A DNA stretch of 63,643 bases, from positions 1-63,643 of the forward strand of contig JAHDXH010000004.1 of assembly GCA_023382875.1 (NCBI GenBank), read 5' to 3'. Numbering within the stretch: position 1 is the first letter of the stretch; every line of letters starts with the position of its first letter. Position numbers and translations under genes: made by a program. The DNA is from Patescibacteria group bacterium (lineage in GTDB: Bacteria; Patescibacteriota; Microgenomatia; UBA1400; PJMF01). Shown piece by piece: positions 43,216-52,680 of the stretch. The notes beneath the pieces were generated by a model. It was not told the origin of the DNA. It did no database searches and saw nothing but the letters and a program-made list of their open reading frames with translations.

Positions 43216-44010
43216 TTAAACTTTTTTAGCCTTTATCATCAAGAAAAGTGGGAATTCGCTACGGGCACGATCTTCCATTTTTTTCATTTTGCCTTCCGAA
43301 TGTTTATTGGAAGTCCATTCTTCTAAAGCAGTGACGACAAAATTATTTTTGCTTAGTTGTTCAAAGTAATAAGCTAATGGAAAGTGGTAGCTATAGGTAA
43401 GTTGTTTGCTTGTTCTTTGCTGTCGGCCGGGGTTCATCTCAATAGGGATTTCCATTGGTGATAAGTAACGATTGATACGACGATATTGCAGTTTGGATTT
43501 TTCATCAATGCCCCAAGCAGATTGACGGGGAATTCTAAAACAAGGATGATTCATAATCATGATAAGCTCGCCGTCTTTTTTGAGGTGAGTGGCAGCATTA
43601 GCCAAAACGCGGTCTGGATATTTGACATTTTGAATAGCCAAAACAATGGTAGCCAAATCAAAAACTTGATTTCCTAGAGGCAATTTTTTGGTGATGTCAG
43701 CATGAATAAAAGTTGAATGGCGAGGCGAACGTTCAACTTTGTTTTGTTCGGCAAACTGAATTAATGATTCAGCCAAATCTACACCAACATAAACAATATC
43801 TTTTGGTAAATGATGTGACAATACGCCTTGACCACAAGCTAAGTCTAAAACTTTGGTTTGTGGTGGCAAGCTAAGATGTTTTTTGAGATTGGGCAAAACT
43901 ATCTGTTGATGATAGTAATGACCTTCATTGCCTACAATTTTGTGATACTGCTTAGCCACACCTTGCCAAGAGGTGTTTTTGGTTGGTGTTTTTGAACGTC
44001 GCTTGAACAT
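43216..44010 (-). CDS. Class I SAM-dependent methyltransferase
   Basis: 264 aa. Motif I reads VLDLACGQG. Confidence 0.85.
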   Translation of the reverse strand: MFKRRSKTPTKNTSWQGVAKQYHKIVGNEGHYYHQQIVLPNLKKHLSLPPQTKVLDLACGQGVLSHHLPKDIVYVGVDLAESLIQFAEQNKVERSPRHSTFIHADITKKLPLGNQVFDLATIVLAIQNVKYPDRVLANAATHLKKDGELIMIMNHPCFRIPRQSAWGIDEKSKLQYRRINRYLSPMEIPIEMNPGRQQRTSKQLTYSYHFPLAYYFEQLSKNNFVVTALEEWTSNKHSEGKMKKMEDRARSEFPLFLMIKAKKV

Positions 44011-44057
44011 AATGAATTATCAAGCGATTATACACTATAGGATAATTAAATGGTGGC

Positions 44058-44654
44058 CTAATTGAAGCGGGCTTCGACTTGCTTCCAATCAATCACATTC
44101 CAAATTGCTTTGAGATAATCTGGGCGACGATTTTGGTAGTTGAGGTAGTAAGCATGTTCCCAAACATCGACACCTAAAAGTGGGGTTAAACCATCAGAGA
44201 GGGGAGTATTTTGGTTGGGAGTCGTAACAATTTTGACCTCTTCCCCATCTTTGACTAACCAGCCCCAACCTGAACCAAATTGGCCAGCTGTGGTAGTTTC
44301 AAATTGAGTTTTGAAGTCAGTAAATGAGCCAAAAGCTTTTTCGATAGCTTCGTTTAATAAGCCAGTTGGTTGGGCTTGTGGAGCAGGACTAAGAATAGAC
44401 CAGAATAAAGTGTGGTTGTAGTGGCCACCACCATGATTGGTGACTGCACCCTTGATGTCGCTTGGTAACTTGTTCAAATCTGAAAGTAATTCTTCGACAG
44501 ACAACGATTGAAGTTCTGGGTGTGTTTCTAAAGCAGCATTGAGCTTGTCGATATATGCCTGATGGTGCTTGGAGTAATGAATCTCCATGGTCTTGGCATC
44601 AATGGTTGGCTCTAGGGCTGAAAATTCGTAGTTTAATTTGGGAAGTGTGAACAT
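44058..44654 (-). CDS. sod: Fe/Mn superoxide dismutase
   Basis: 198 aa. The stretches HYSKHHQAY, NHTLFW and DVWEHAYYLNYQNRRPDYL are diagnostic. Confidence 0.95.
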   Translation of the reverse strand: MFTLPKLNYEFSALEPTIDAKTMEIHYSKHHQAYIDKLNAALETHPELQSLSVEELLSDLNKLPSDIKGAVTNHGGGHYNHTLFWSILSPAPQAQPTGLLNEAIEKAFGSFTDFKTQFETTTAGQFGSGWGWLVKDGEEVKIVTTPNQNTPLSDGLTPLLGVDVWEHAYYLNYQNRRPDYLKAIWNVIDWKQVEARFN

Positions 44655-44756
44655 ATTAACCTTAAAAATACTTGGTATTTGCTAGCTTGATTCTAACAAC
44701 ATCTGCCGAAGTCTCAAGCAAGAATTTTGTTTGATGCTGTGATATTTTTATACTAT

Positions 44757-45743
44757 ATGGTCGAAAAACAACATTCAGCTTTCAAAGAAGGCTTGATCAA
44801 GATTTTTGGTGAGAATAGCTGGATTGTGACCCATTGGTTTTCTGGACAAATTGAATCTAATTCTGGTTTGCTGCAACTGCAAAATCGAGAATTGCTGGCA
44901 AAGCTTCTCGATGCCTTCCCAGGTAAAAAAGATTTAAGTAACCCTGATTTTTTGCGTTTATTAAATGTTTGGTCAGGCGTTGAGCTCAAAGGTACTGTGC
45001 CTCATATTGATAAAACAGCTTTTGTGGTTGGTAATTATGTGGGGCGAGAAGCGACACCTAAAGAGCCACATTACTTAGATCCGACTATTTGGTGTTTGGT
45101 CAAGTTGTTCGAAGTGGCAGCTGACTTAGGAATTGGTGATGCGCTAGCAGTGGCAAGAGAGTCAGTTTTTGAAGGTTTGGATCCAAGATTGGCTGGTGCT
45201 TTTAATAAACATATGGCCTTTGCCAAAAAGGGAGCTGATGGATATTACACTTTGCCATTTAGGGAAAAATATAAACTGCACCGGGTGGCTAAGTCGGATA
45301 AAGGTTTATTGTGGACGGCTCCAGCAGCTATGACCACGATGGATGGGTTGAAATTTGACCATCTGACTACTACTTCAATTAGACAAGCTATGGAAAATCG
45401 TGAAGCTCAACTTTTAACTTTATCAATGGTTACGACTGAAGATCGCGAGCGAGCTGTGTCAATCGAACTTGATGAGGTAGAATTACCACAGGTTGAAGTA
45501 GATAAAAAATTGATGGCTAAGTCTGGTCAAAAAGCTGATTTATGGCGCACAGAAATTTTGCGCGAAGTGAATTATCAAATTTTGTTGTGGGCATTTGCGC
45601 AAACTGCGTCGCATTTACCTGAGGGTCAAAGAGGGCAATTTGAAGATTATGAACAAGCTAGGCGTAGAATCTTATGGACATTGAAAGGTATGACGAGTGA
45701 GGGTTTGATAAAAATTGGCGGTGGTTTTGTGGGTCGTTTATGA
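44757..45743 (+). CDS. Hypothetical protein
   Basis: About 328 aa from ATG 44757 (the track gives TTG 44727). No recognisable motif. Confidence 0.55.
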   Translation: MVEKQHSAFKEGLIKIFGENSWIVTHWFSGQIESNSGLLQLQNRELLAKLLDAFPGKKDLSNPDFLRLLNVWSGVELKGTVPHIDKTAFVVGNYVGREATPKEPHYLDPTIWCLVKLFEVAADLGIGDALAVARESVFEGLDPRLAGAFNKHMAFAKKGADGYYTLPFREKYKLHRVAKSDKGLLWTAPAAMTTMDGLKFDHLTTTSIRQAMENREAQLLTLSMVTTEDRERAVSIELDEVELPQVEVDKKLMAKSGQKADLWRTEILREVNYQILLWAFAQTASHLPEGQRGQFEDYEQARRRILWTLKGMTSEGLIKIGGGFVGRL

Positions 45744-46909
45744 AATCAATAAAGTTGTTAAATTTGCCGGCTAAGTTTTTTTTGCTAATTTTTGGGTTGG
45801 TAATTTTTTATTTTGGTTTGCTTGGGTTCACCACTGGGCCTTGGGAGGGCGATAGTTTGGCCTATCATTTGCCACTCGCCACTGAATTAAGCAAGGGAAA
45901 TTTTGGTAATTACTCAAACCTTTTGTATTACTATCCGGCTTCTGTTCATCTAATTTTGGCTTTGTTCATGGTTATAAATTTGCCGCTACAACTTTTTAAT
46001 GTACTTGGGTTGATGCTTCTATTTGTATCCGTTTACTGGTTGGGACGTCGATTGAATTTGCTTGAAAGTAATGCTGTTGTTTTTGGTGTTAGCGTAGCAC
46101 TTTTGACACCGATGGCTCGTTTAATCACTACGCAAACTGTGGATATTTATTTGGCTACTATTTATGCCACGCTACTTGGGCTTCTTTTGAAACCACAAAA
46201 AAGTTGGCAATATTTTAGTTTGGTGGGTTTGTTGTCCGGTTTGTTGGTAGGTGCAAAATATACCGGTCCACTTTTTTTGGTCGGGCTGGCTCTGGTATTT
46301 TTTTGGTCAATCAAAAATTTTGTGACGAAAAAATCTTTGCTTTTGGTATTGGTTTTGACGATTTTATTTGGTGGTATTTGGTATTTGCGCAATTGGTTAT
46401 GGCAAGGCGATCCAATTTATCCAGCTCACCATCCCAGTTTCACTTGGGTTAATTGGCACACCTGGCAAACTATTTTCCAAGCTCAGGGCGGCGCTTGGTA
46501 TTTTGTTGAATCATTGTTGTCTGAGTATCTTTTCTGGCCAGTGTTTGGTTTCTTGGCGATTTACGTGGCAATCAAGAGAAAACTTGAGCCAATTGAAAAT
46601 AAATTAACCTTACTTTTCTTGGGCAATTTTTCTATTCATTTACTAATCCCTGCATCAATCAATAATGTTTTGTCAGATCTTCGTTACGCTGCACCAACCT
46701 TTATTTGTTTGTTGGCTGTAATTTTTGTTTACATGCAAAGAAAAAGGTTAGAAATGGAAGTTTATTTATTAAGTTTAATTTCCGTTTTGGCTAGTTTTTC
46801 TTTAATCATGCCTCATCGACCAAAAGTTTTTGTTTTGTACGGCTTGATGGTTTTTGTTGGCTGGCTCTTAACGAAACTTTTAAAACAAAAAGCTAACCAT
46901 AAAGGTTAG
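45740..46909 (+). CDS. Polytopic membrane protein (possible GT-C-type glycosyltransferase)
   Basis: 389 aa with at least 9 TM helices. Its start overlaps the upstream stop. The GT-C assignment rests on topology only. Confidence 0.6.
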   Translation: MKSIKLLNLPAKFFLLIFGLVIFYFGLLGFTTGPWEGDSLAYHLPLATELSKGNFGNYSNLLYYYPASVHLILALFMVINLPLQLFNVLGLMLLFVSVYWLGRRLNLLESNAVVFGVSVALLTPMARLITTQTVDIYLATIYATLLGLLLKPQKSWQYFSLVGLLSGLLVGAKYTGPLFLVGLALVFFWSIKNFVTKKSLLLVLVLTILFGGIWYLRNWLWQGDPIYPAHHPSFTWVNWHTWQTIFQAQGGAWYFVESLLSEYLFWPVFGFLAIYVAIKRKLEPIENKLTLLFLGNFSIHLLIPASINNVLSDLRYAAPTFICLLAVIFVYMQRKRLEMEVYLLSLISVLASFSLIMPHRPKVFVLYGLMVFVGWLLTKLLKQKANHKG

Positions 46910-46916
46910 CTTTTTG
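46882..46916. terminator. Bidirectional intrinsic terminator overlapping the stop codon at 46907-46909
   Basis: Stem agctaacc (46891-46898) pairs with ggttagct (46904-46911), with loop ataaa. It is flanked by an A-run and a T-run and lies between convergent genes. Confidence 0.65.
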
Positions 46917-46935
46917 TCTTTGTTAATTTCTAAAA

Positions 46936-48957
46936 TTATGCTTTTTTTGCTTTGTCAGTAAGGCCAAGAATTTGTAATCCGTACCAAAGAATCAAAGCTT
47001 CGTGGAATAACTTAGTTTCTTCTGGGTTAGAGGTCGGGATAACCATATAATCACGTTCGCTTTTTCCTGGGATTAAAATAGCAGCTTGCCCTGGAATTGC
47101 TCCTGGTCCGGCGTTGCCTGCACCTTCAGTGTCAACAGTATCTGCCCACCATCCTGGAGCAATAAACACTGGAGCATCAGTTTCTGGATTCGAGCCATCA
47201 AATTTGGAACTAAAACCAGACATAGCCATATGACCACCAGCTACAATGCCGGGTTTTCTAGTAGCTTGTCGGTCGTAGATACGCATGTTACCAAAAGTAG
47301 GTCTATTGGAAGAGCCGTGGCGACCTTGTTTATCAAGTGTCATGATTGAGTAAACTGGTTTTTGTGATGGGCTAGAGCTTGACCCAACGGCCATTCTCAT
47401 GGTGGATTTGTGTCTAATTAATTTGGCGTCCATGCCATTGGCCAAATACGATCCAGCTGGAATTGGACTACCGTCACCACCTTCTCCCACAGATTTTTTC
47501 CAGCCTTTTGATCTCAAGCTACTATCATGTAAAACAGCCAAAACTTGTTGTGGATATTTAACACCCAATGACACTAAGTGATCGAGGATACTTTTGCGTT
47601 TAGGATCAAGTGCAACATCTTGATCAACAATGTTTCTTAGAAAAGCAATAAAGGCATAGGGGTTATTGGTAAATCTTTCCGCCATATAGTGCTCTACAGC
47701 GTTGAAGCCACTGGCATGTGCACCTTCACGAATATTTTGAATAAAGTCAACAGAGATAGGTAAATCTGAAATTACATTCCAAGAGGCGATCGCATACTGA
47801 CCCGTAACCATGTCACCATACAGTTCTTTATAAACAGCATCGCTTTTTTCTTGATTTGGATGTTCGTCGTAAGGAGTGGTGACCTTTTTTGATCCACGCT
47901 CATTGAATTTGACTTGAGGTGCAGCAATTTGATCGCGAATTAGACCCATGTATTCACTGGTTGTGCCTTGTCCTTCGGTGTCATTGAGTAGATTTAGGGC
48001 CTTTTGCATGAGAAGTAGTTGGGCTGTTTGAATGGCTGGCCACGAATCAACTTCTTCCTTTTCACCATCCTTTTTGAAGTAGGTAATGAAGCCTTGTCCA
48101 GGCTTATCGGCCAATGGGAAGCCAAGTTTGACGCCAAACCTGTCTGGTGGTAACTCAGCATTGGAGCCTTTGAAGGCACCTGTATTGAGATAAAATTGAG
48201 CTTTGGCTTTGCCATTGTTGATAGTAGGTTGATATTCTTTGGCAATACCTGCTCGATGAGTATGGGCAGCAGTCGCACCGGTTGGGCGATTTGGTTCGGA
48301 AATACTTTGAACAGCTTCGCGTAGTCCATATACAGGATCGTATTTGCTTTTTCCTGGTGGATTATGGTGAATTTCAATGGCTTGTTCTTTGCCATTGGCG
48401 TAACGAATTCTAACTAGACCACCATTGCGAACGACGGGAATGCCAAATTCATCTGCCATCATCATCCAGGTATTGACGGTAGACTGATCTTGAGTCCAGC
48501 CGTTGTGGCCAAAGTAACCAGAGACCATACTAAGAATTTTTCCTTGTTCGGCTAACGGCTTAATAAAACTATTTTTGACTAAATCAATTTGTTGATGGAC
48601 GTCTGGGATTGTACGAGCTGCGTTAGTATCTAAATATTTTTGAGTTAAGCCTTCAATTTCATCTCCCAATAAAATTACACAGGCATCTGGATCAGAAAGG
48701 ATAGAATCTCGAAGGGCAAAGATGGAGTCATAGTCAGTAGCAATGCTGCCCATGTGAAGGTCAGCAATAGTCATGACTCTGATTGGACGATTGTGATCTA
48801 TTGTAACAATAGCTTCATCCCGGCCGATGTAGTTGCGCTCAACCGCCTGCATTTCCTGAATGGCTCTTATAATTCGAAGTGATGCTTCTTCCTGACTGAT
48901 CCTTTTTGGTGATTCATCAGTAATTTTAAAACGACTCTCCTGCGCACTAACAACCAT
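46936..48957 (-). CDS. Large metallophosphoesterase-like protein with a degenerate second repeat
   Basis: 673 aa. The N-terminal half carries calcineurin-type motifs in order: IADLHMG (DxH), LLGDEIEG (GDxx), GYFGHNGW (GNH-like), EIHHN, AAHTHRAG (GHxH). The C-terminal half repeats part of the pattern (GGHMAMSG, then PGAIPGQAAI versus KPGQGFI). Confidence 0.65.
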   Translation of the reverse strand: MVVSAQESRFKITDESPKRISQEEASLRIIRAIQEMQAVERNYIGRDEAIVTIDHNRPIRVMTIADLHMGSIATDYDSIFALRDSILSDPDACVILLGDEIEGLTQKYLDTNAARTIPDVHQQIDLVKNSFIKPLAEQGKILSMVSGYFGHNGWTQDQSTVNTWMMMADEFGIPVVRNGGLVRIRYANGKEQAIEIHHNPPGKSKYDPVYGLREAVQSISEPNRPTGATAAHTHRAGIAKEYQPTINNGKAKAQFYLNTGAFKGSNAELPPDRFGVKLGFPLADKPGQGFITYFKKDGEKEEVDSWPAIQTAQLLLMQKALNLLNDTEGQGTTSEYMGLIRDQIAAPQVKFNERGSKKVTTPYDEHPNQEKSDAVYKELYGDMVTGQYAIASWNVISDLPISVDFIQNIREGAHASGFNAVEHYMAERFTNNPYAFIAFLRNIVDQDVALDPKRKSILDHLVSLGVKYPQQVLAVLHDSSLRSKGWKKSVGEGGDGSPIPAGSYLANGMDAKLIRHKSTMRMAVGSSSSPSQKPVYSIMTLDKQGRHGSSNRPTFGNMRIYDRQATRKPGIVAGGHMAMSGFSSKFDGSNPETDAPVFIAPGWWADTVDTEGAGNAGPGAIPGQAAILIPGKSERDYMVIPTSNPEETKLFHEALILWYGLQILGLTDKAKKA

Positions 48958-49103
48958 AAGCCCTTTCTGGTTTATTGTTCAATATGTAGTGGTTGATTGG
49001 ACCCTCAACCACAATATGATAAGAAATGAACCCTTGTCAACTATAACAATAGAATCACTACCAGAGGAAAATTAAAGAAAAAGAATAGGCTGAATCAATC
49101 TTT

Positions 49104-50261
49104 TTATTGGATTTTTTTGGGAACTGCTAAGTACAAAGTAGCGCTTTTACTAGCAGATGGATTAATTACTTCTTCACTAACAACTTCTAAATTAAGCTCA
49201 GGAAGAAGTTTGATGAAGTTTTCAGAAAGAGTGGGCTCATTAACGACTAAAGTGTTCCTTGTGTGTTTTTTTTCTGAATCATTGCCCGTTTCTATTTTAG
49301 TGTAGCCAGCTTCTTCAAGGCTTTTGGCAATTTCATTGGCATAGCCACGAGTGTTGGTGCCATTTAAAATTTTGACATTGACGGTGGCTGGATCTGCGGG
49401 AACTGGCGATGGTACTACCACAATTGGCGATGGACTAGGGGTGGGAGCGACATTGTTGTTGGTTGTTGCTTGTCTCTTGAAAAACCAAGTCAATCCTACG
49501 ATTGCAGAAACTAATATTATTAAGCCAGTTAATACAAAAATTGTTTTGAAACTTTTTTTGGTGGGTTGGTTTACGATTTGGCTGGGAATGGAAAAAGACG
49601 GCTTGAGCTTGTTGAAGTTGACTGGAATATCATTAATACTAAGTTCTAGGGCTGATAAATCGCGATCAGAATAACTATACAAAGCTTGAATATGGGTTTG
49701 GTTTTGTTTTTCTAGACTGATAATAAATTCTGCAATTTCTGATTTGAGATCACTGAGCTTAGTAATAGGTTTAGTAAAAATTTTTTCATCAAGCTTAGCT
49801 ACCAAAAAATAAATGTCACTTTGGACAAAAATTATTAAATGAGGTTTAGTATCACTAATTAAGTTAGTGGTGGCCAAGGCTAATGAGGAATAATTTTTAA
49901 CTTTGATTCCTTTTTCCAATAAAACACTTGAAAACTCTTGGAAAAAATCAGTTTCAATGGCAAAAACACGTAGCAAGTGATCGGTTTTGGTTTTGCTGAT
50001 GGTTTCGACTGTCCATGAATCTACGATAGTTTCATCAGTCAAAGAAGCTTGTAAATATTTTTGAATTTCTTGATCTCGATTGCTTTTATTGGCAGGTACG
50101 CTGAGGTTTTCTAAGTAAGATAAATTGGGGCCAATTAAAACATCGACTGAATTGGATTTAATTTTGGTGGTTAGTTCATCTAAACTACTTAGCTTTTTTA
50201 AGCCAACTGAGGTAGGAAGATAGAGACCATGACGGTTAACAATTAAGGTTGTTTTATCCAT
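49104..50261 (-). CDS. Membrane protein with C-terminal LytR_C-type domain
   Basis: 385 aa. A cytoplasmic N-domain, one TM helix, the linker PTPSPSP, and a C-terminal VKILNGTNTRGYANEIAKSLEEAGY typical of LytR C-terminal domains. Confidence 0.65.
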   Translation of the reverse strand: MDKTTLIVNRHGLYLPTSVGLKKLSSLDELTTKIKSNSVDVLIGPNLSYLENLSVPANKSNRDQEIQKYLQASLTDETIVDSWTVETISKTKTDHLLRVFAIETDFFQEFSSVLLEKGIKVKNYSSLALATTNLISDTKPHLIIFVQSDIYFLVAKLDEKIFTKPITKLSDLKSEIAEFIISLEKQNQTHIQALYSYSDRDLSALELSINDIPVNFNKLKPSFSIPSQIVNQPTKKSFKTIFVLTGLIILVSAIVGLTWFFKRQATTNNNVAPTPSPSPIVVVPSPVPADPATVNVKILNGTNTRGYANEIAKSLEEAGYTKIETGNDSEKKHTRNTLVVNEPTLSENFIKLLPELNLEVVSEEVINPSASKSATLYLAVPKKIQ

Positions 50262-50354
50262 GTGGAATTCATCATAAATGATCTTAAAAATCTTTCCAAG
50301 TATGAGAGCCGCCTATTTGACTTTGCTAATTGATTCATCAATAATAATTAGGAC

Positions 50355-52607
50355 ATGCTGCCCAAGAAATTTCCACTTTTTTCTCCACAAGATTCAATGC
50401 TTTTTGAAGGCTCGCCTGAAGTAGTTTTGTTCCTCGATTTACAGGGCAAAATTCTCAATGTTAATCAAAGGGTTTATGAATGGATTAAGGTTCGACCAAA
50501 TGAGCTGATAGGTAAGAGCATTTTTGAGTTGGCAATTATGACTCCAGAGAGTCGGGAAATGGTCAAGAAAAAATTTCAATTACGTTTGAACCAAAAAACC
50601 ATCGAGCCATATGAAATTCAGGTTTTCGACCGAAACGGCAAAATGGTGGTGGGTAGAGTTAGCGGTCAGCTCATCAAGCAAAAAGGCCAAGTTGCCGGTG
50701 TTTTAGTGATGGTGGCTAATGTAACGCAGTTAGAGCAAGAGATGCAGAGTAGGCTCTTTAGAGCTCTTGAAAGTGAGGCTAGATACATCAGCTTGTTTGA
50801 AAATATGTCTAGCTCAGTTGCGATCTGTGAATTTGATGAAAAGACTGGGGATTATTTTATTAAAAGTTTGAACAGAGCATTTCTAAAAAGTGAAAAAGTT
50901 ACCAAAAAAGCCGTCATCGGAGAAAGTTTGAGAAAAGTTTTAAAACAAAAGCCAGGTGAAAATTTATGCATCTTGGTGAAAAAAGCTTGGCAGACAGAAA
51001 TTCCTCAAGACTTTACTTTGGAAGTAAAATCAAACGATAATCTCCGCTTCATTAAAGGAACTGTCTATCGATTAAGAACAGGTGAGTTGACGGTGATGTT
51101 TGATGACGTAACACAAGGTGTTTTGGATCAGCAAACGGTGAAGAGAAATGAAGTTAAATTTCGCACTACTTTTAATAATGCCAACGACGCCATGTTTATC
51201 ATGCAAGCCAAGCGCTTCATAGATTGCAACAAAAAAACTTTGGCCATGTATGGTTTAACTGATAAAAAAGAGATTGTTGGTCATACACCAGTTGAGTATT
51301 CGCCGATCAAACAACCAGATGGTATGAGCTCTGGACGTAAGGCCTTGCAGTATTTACATAGAGCGGAGGCGGGTCGACCACAGCGTTTTTACTGGCAACA
51401 TAAGAAAAAAAATGGAGAGTTGTTTGATGTGGAAGTTTCTCTAAATAGATTTTATTTAAATGATGAGCAATATTTATTAGCTAGTGTGCGCGATGTAACA
51501 GATGAGCTGAGAGTTAAAAAATTGTTGGCAGCCTCTGAGCAACGTTTTAGATCGGTAGTGGAAAATGCACAGGCAATTATTTTTGCCTTAAGTCCTGATG
51601 GAAAATTTATTTTATCAGAGGGCAAAAAGTTATCTTTATTAGGTCTCAAATCCTCACAAATAGTTGGTGCTAGCATTTTTGATGTCTATAAAGATTATCC
51701 TACGGTCATTAAAGGCTTTAGAACGGCTTTGACAGGCAAAGTATATCGCGAAATTCTGCCTATCGAGAATATTTTCTTTGATGTTTTTTACTCCCCAATT
51801 AAAGAAGAAGAAACTGGCAAGGTGATTGGCGTGATTGGCATGGCAATTGATGTCACTGAATCAGAAAAGTTCAAGGCTAGGTTGCTGGAACTTGATAAAT
51901 CTAAATCGGAATTTATCGCTACTGCTTCTCATCAACTTCGTTCACCATTAGCTAATATTAGATGGGGACTTGAGCTATTGCTAGCAGATCCGTTAGTTTT
52001 GACGAACACAGAACTCCAAAAACAAGTCGAGTCTGTCCATGAAAGCAACTTGAAAGTAATTAACTTGGTAAACAACTTGCTTGATACCTCGAGAATTTAT
52101 AGTAATAAACTTAGTAATCATCCTCGAAAGATAGAAATAATTAAGGAATTAAAAGATCTTTTCAAAAATTTTGAACGAGAGAAAATGAGGCTTGATCTTG
52201 AGGTTTTTTGGAACATTCCTGATGAACTCGAACTTAAAGTGGATCAAAATTTATTTAAAGTTGTTTTGACCAACTTGGCTGCTAATGCTTTCAAGTACAA
52301 CAAGAAAAACGGCGTAGTGGTTGTTTTTATCAAGGAAAAGAAAAATTTTATTGAAATTTCGATTGCCAACACTGGTAAATCAATAGTTAAAGAAGAGCAG
52401 GTTCATATTTTTGAAAAGTTTTATCGTGGTAGTAATGTAACGATGGAATTTGAAGGTACGGGCCTTGGACTTTATATTGCTTCAAATTATACGAAGTTCT
52501 TAGGTGGAAAATTGAGTTTTGAAAGTGGAATTAGGTTTGGATCTAGAAATATCGAGGGTGATAAATACCTTGGTACAATTTTTCACGTTAGTTTCCCCAA
52601 ATTGTAG
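50355..52607 (+). CDS. Multi-PAS sensor histidine kinase (cytoplasmic)
   Basis: 750 aa. Several PAS repeats, H-box ASHQLRSPL, an N box (NAFKYN) and a G box (GTGLGLYIA). TTGACT at 50317-50322 and an AT-rich -10 lie just upstream of the ATG. Confidence 0.9.
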   Translation: MLPKKFPLFSPQDSMLFEGSPEVVLFLDLQGKILNVNQRVYEWIKVRPNELIGKSIFELAIMTPESREMVKKKFQLRLNQKTIEPYEIQVFDRNGKMVVGRVSGQLIKQKGQVAGVLVMVANVTQLEQEMQSRLFRALESEARYISLFENMSSSVAICEFDEKTGDYFIKSLNRAFLKSEKVTKKAVIGESLRKVLKQKPGENLCILVKKAWQTEIPQDFTLEVKSNDNLRFIKGTVYRLRTGELTVMFDDVTQGVLDQQTVKRNEVKFRTTFNNANDAMFIMQAKRFIDCNKKTLAMYGLTDKKEIVGHTPVEYSPIKQPDGMSSGRKALQYLHRAEAGRPQRFYWQHKKKNGELFDVEVSLNRFYLNDEQYLLASVRDVTDELRVKKLLAASEQRFRSVVENAQAIIFALSPDGKFILSEGKKLSLLGLKSSQIVGASIFDVYKDYPTVIKGFRTALTGKVYREILPIENIFFDVFYSPIKEEETGKVIGVIGMAIDVTESEKFKARLLELDKSKSEFIATASHQLRSPLANIRWGLELLLADPLVLTNTELQKQVESVHESNLKVINLVNNLLDTSRIYSNKLSNHPRKIEIIKELKDLFKNFEREKMRLDLEVFWNIPDELELKVDQNLFKVVLTNLAANAFKYNKKNGVVVVFIKEKKNFIEISIANTGKSIVKEEQVHIFEKFYRGSNVTMEFEGTGLGLYIASNYTKFLGGKLSFESGIRFGSRNIEGDKYLGTIFHVSFPKL

Positions 52608-52680
52608 GTTTTTCTTATCTGGTTCATGATACAATAAGTTTCAATTATATAGTCATGTATACATTTTGGTATATTTTGAT

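Noticed and set aside
48989-49012. An 8-bp hairpin gtggttga-ttggaccc-tcaaccac between the LytR_C-domain gene and the 673-aa gene, considered as a terminator or regulatory structure.
   Set aside because: No U-tract follows on the minus strand where both genes are transcribed, so its function is undetermined. I note it only.
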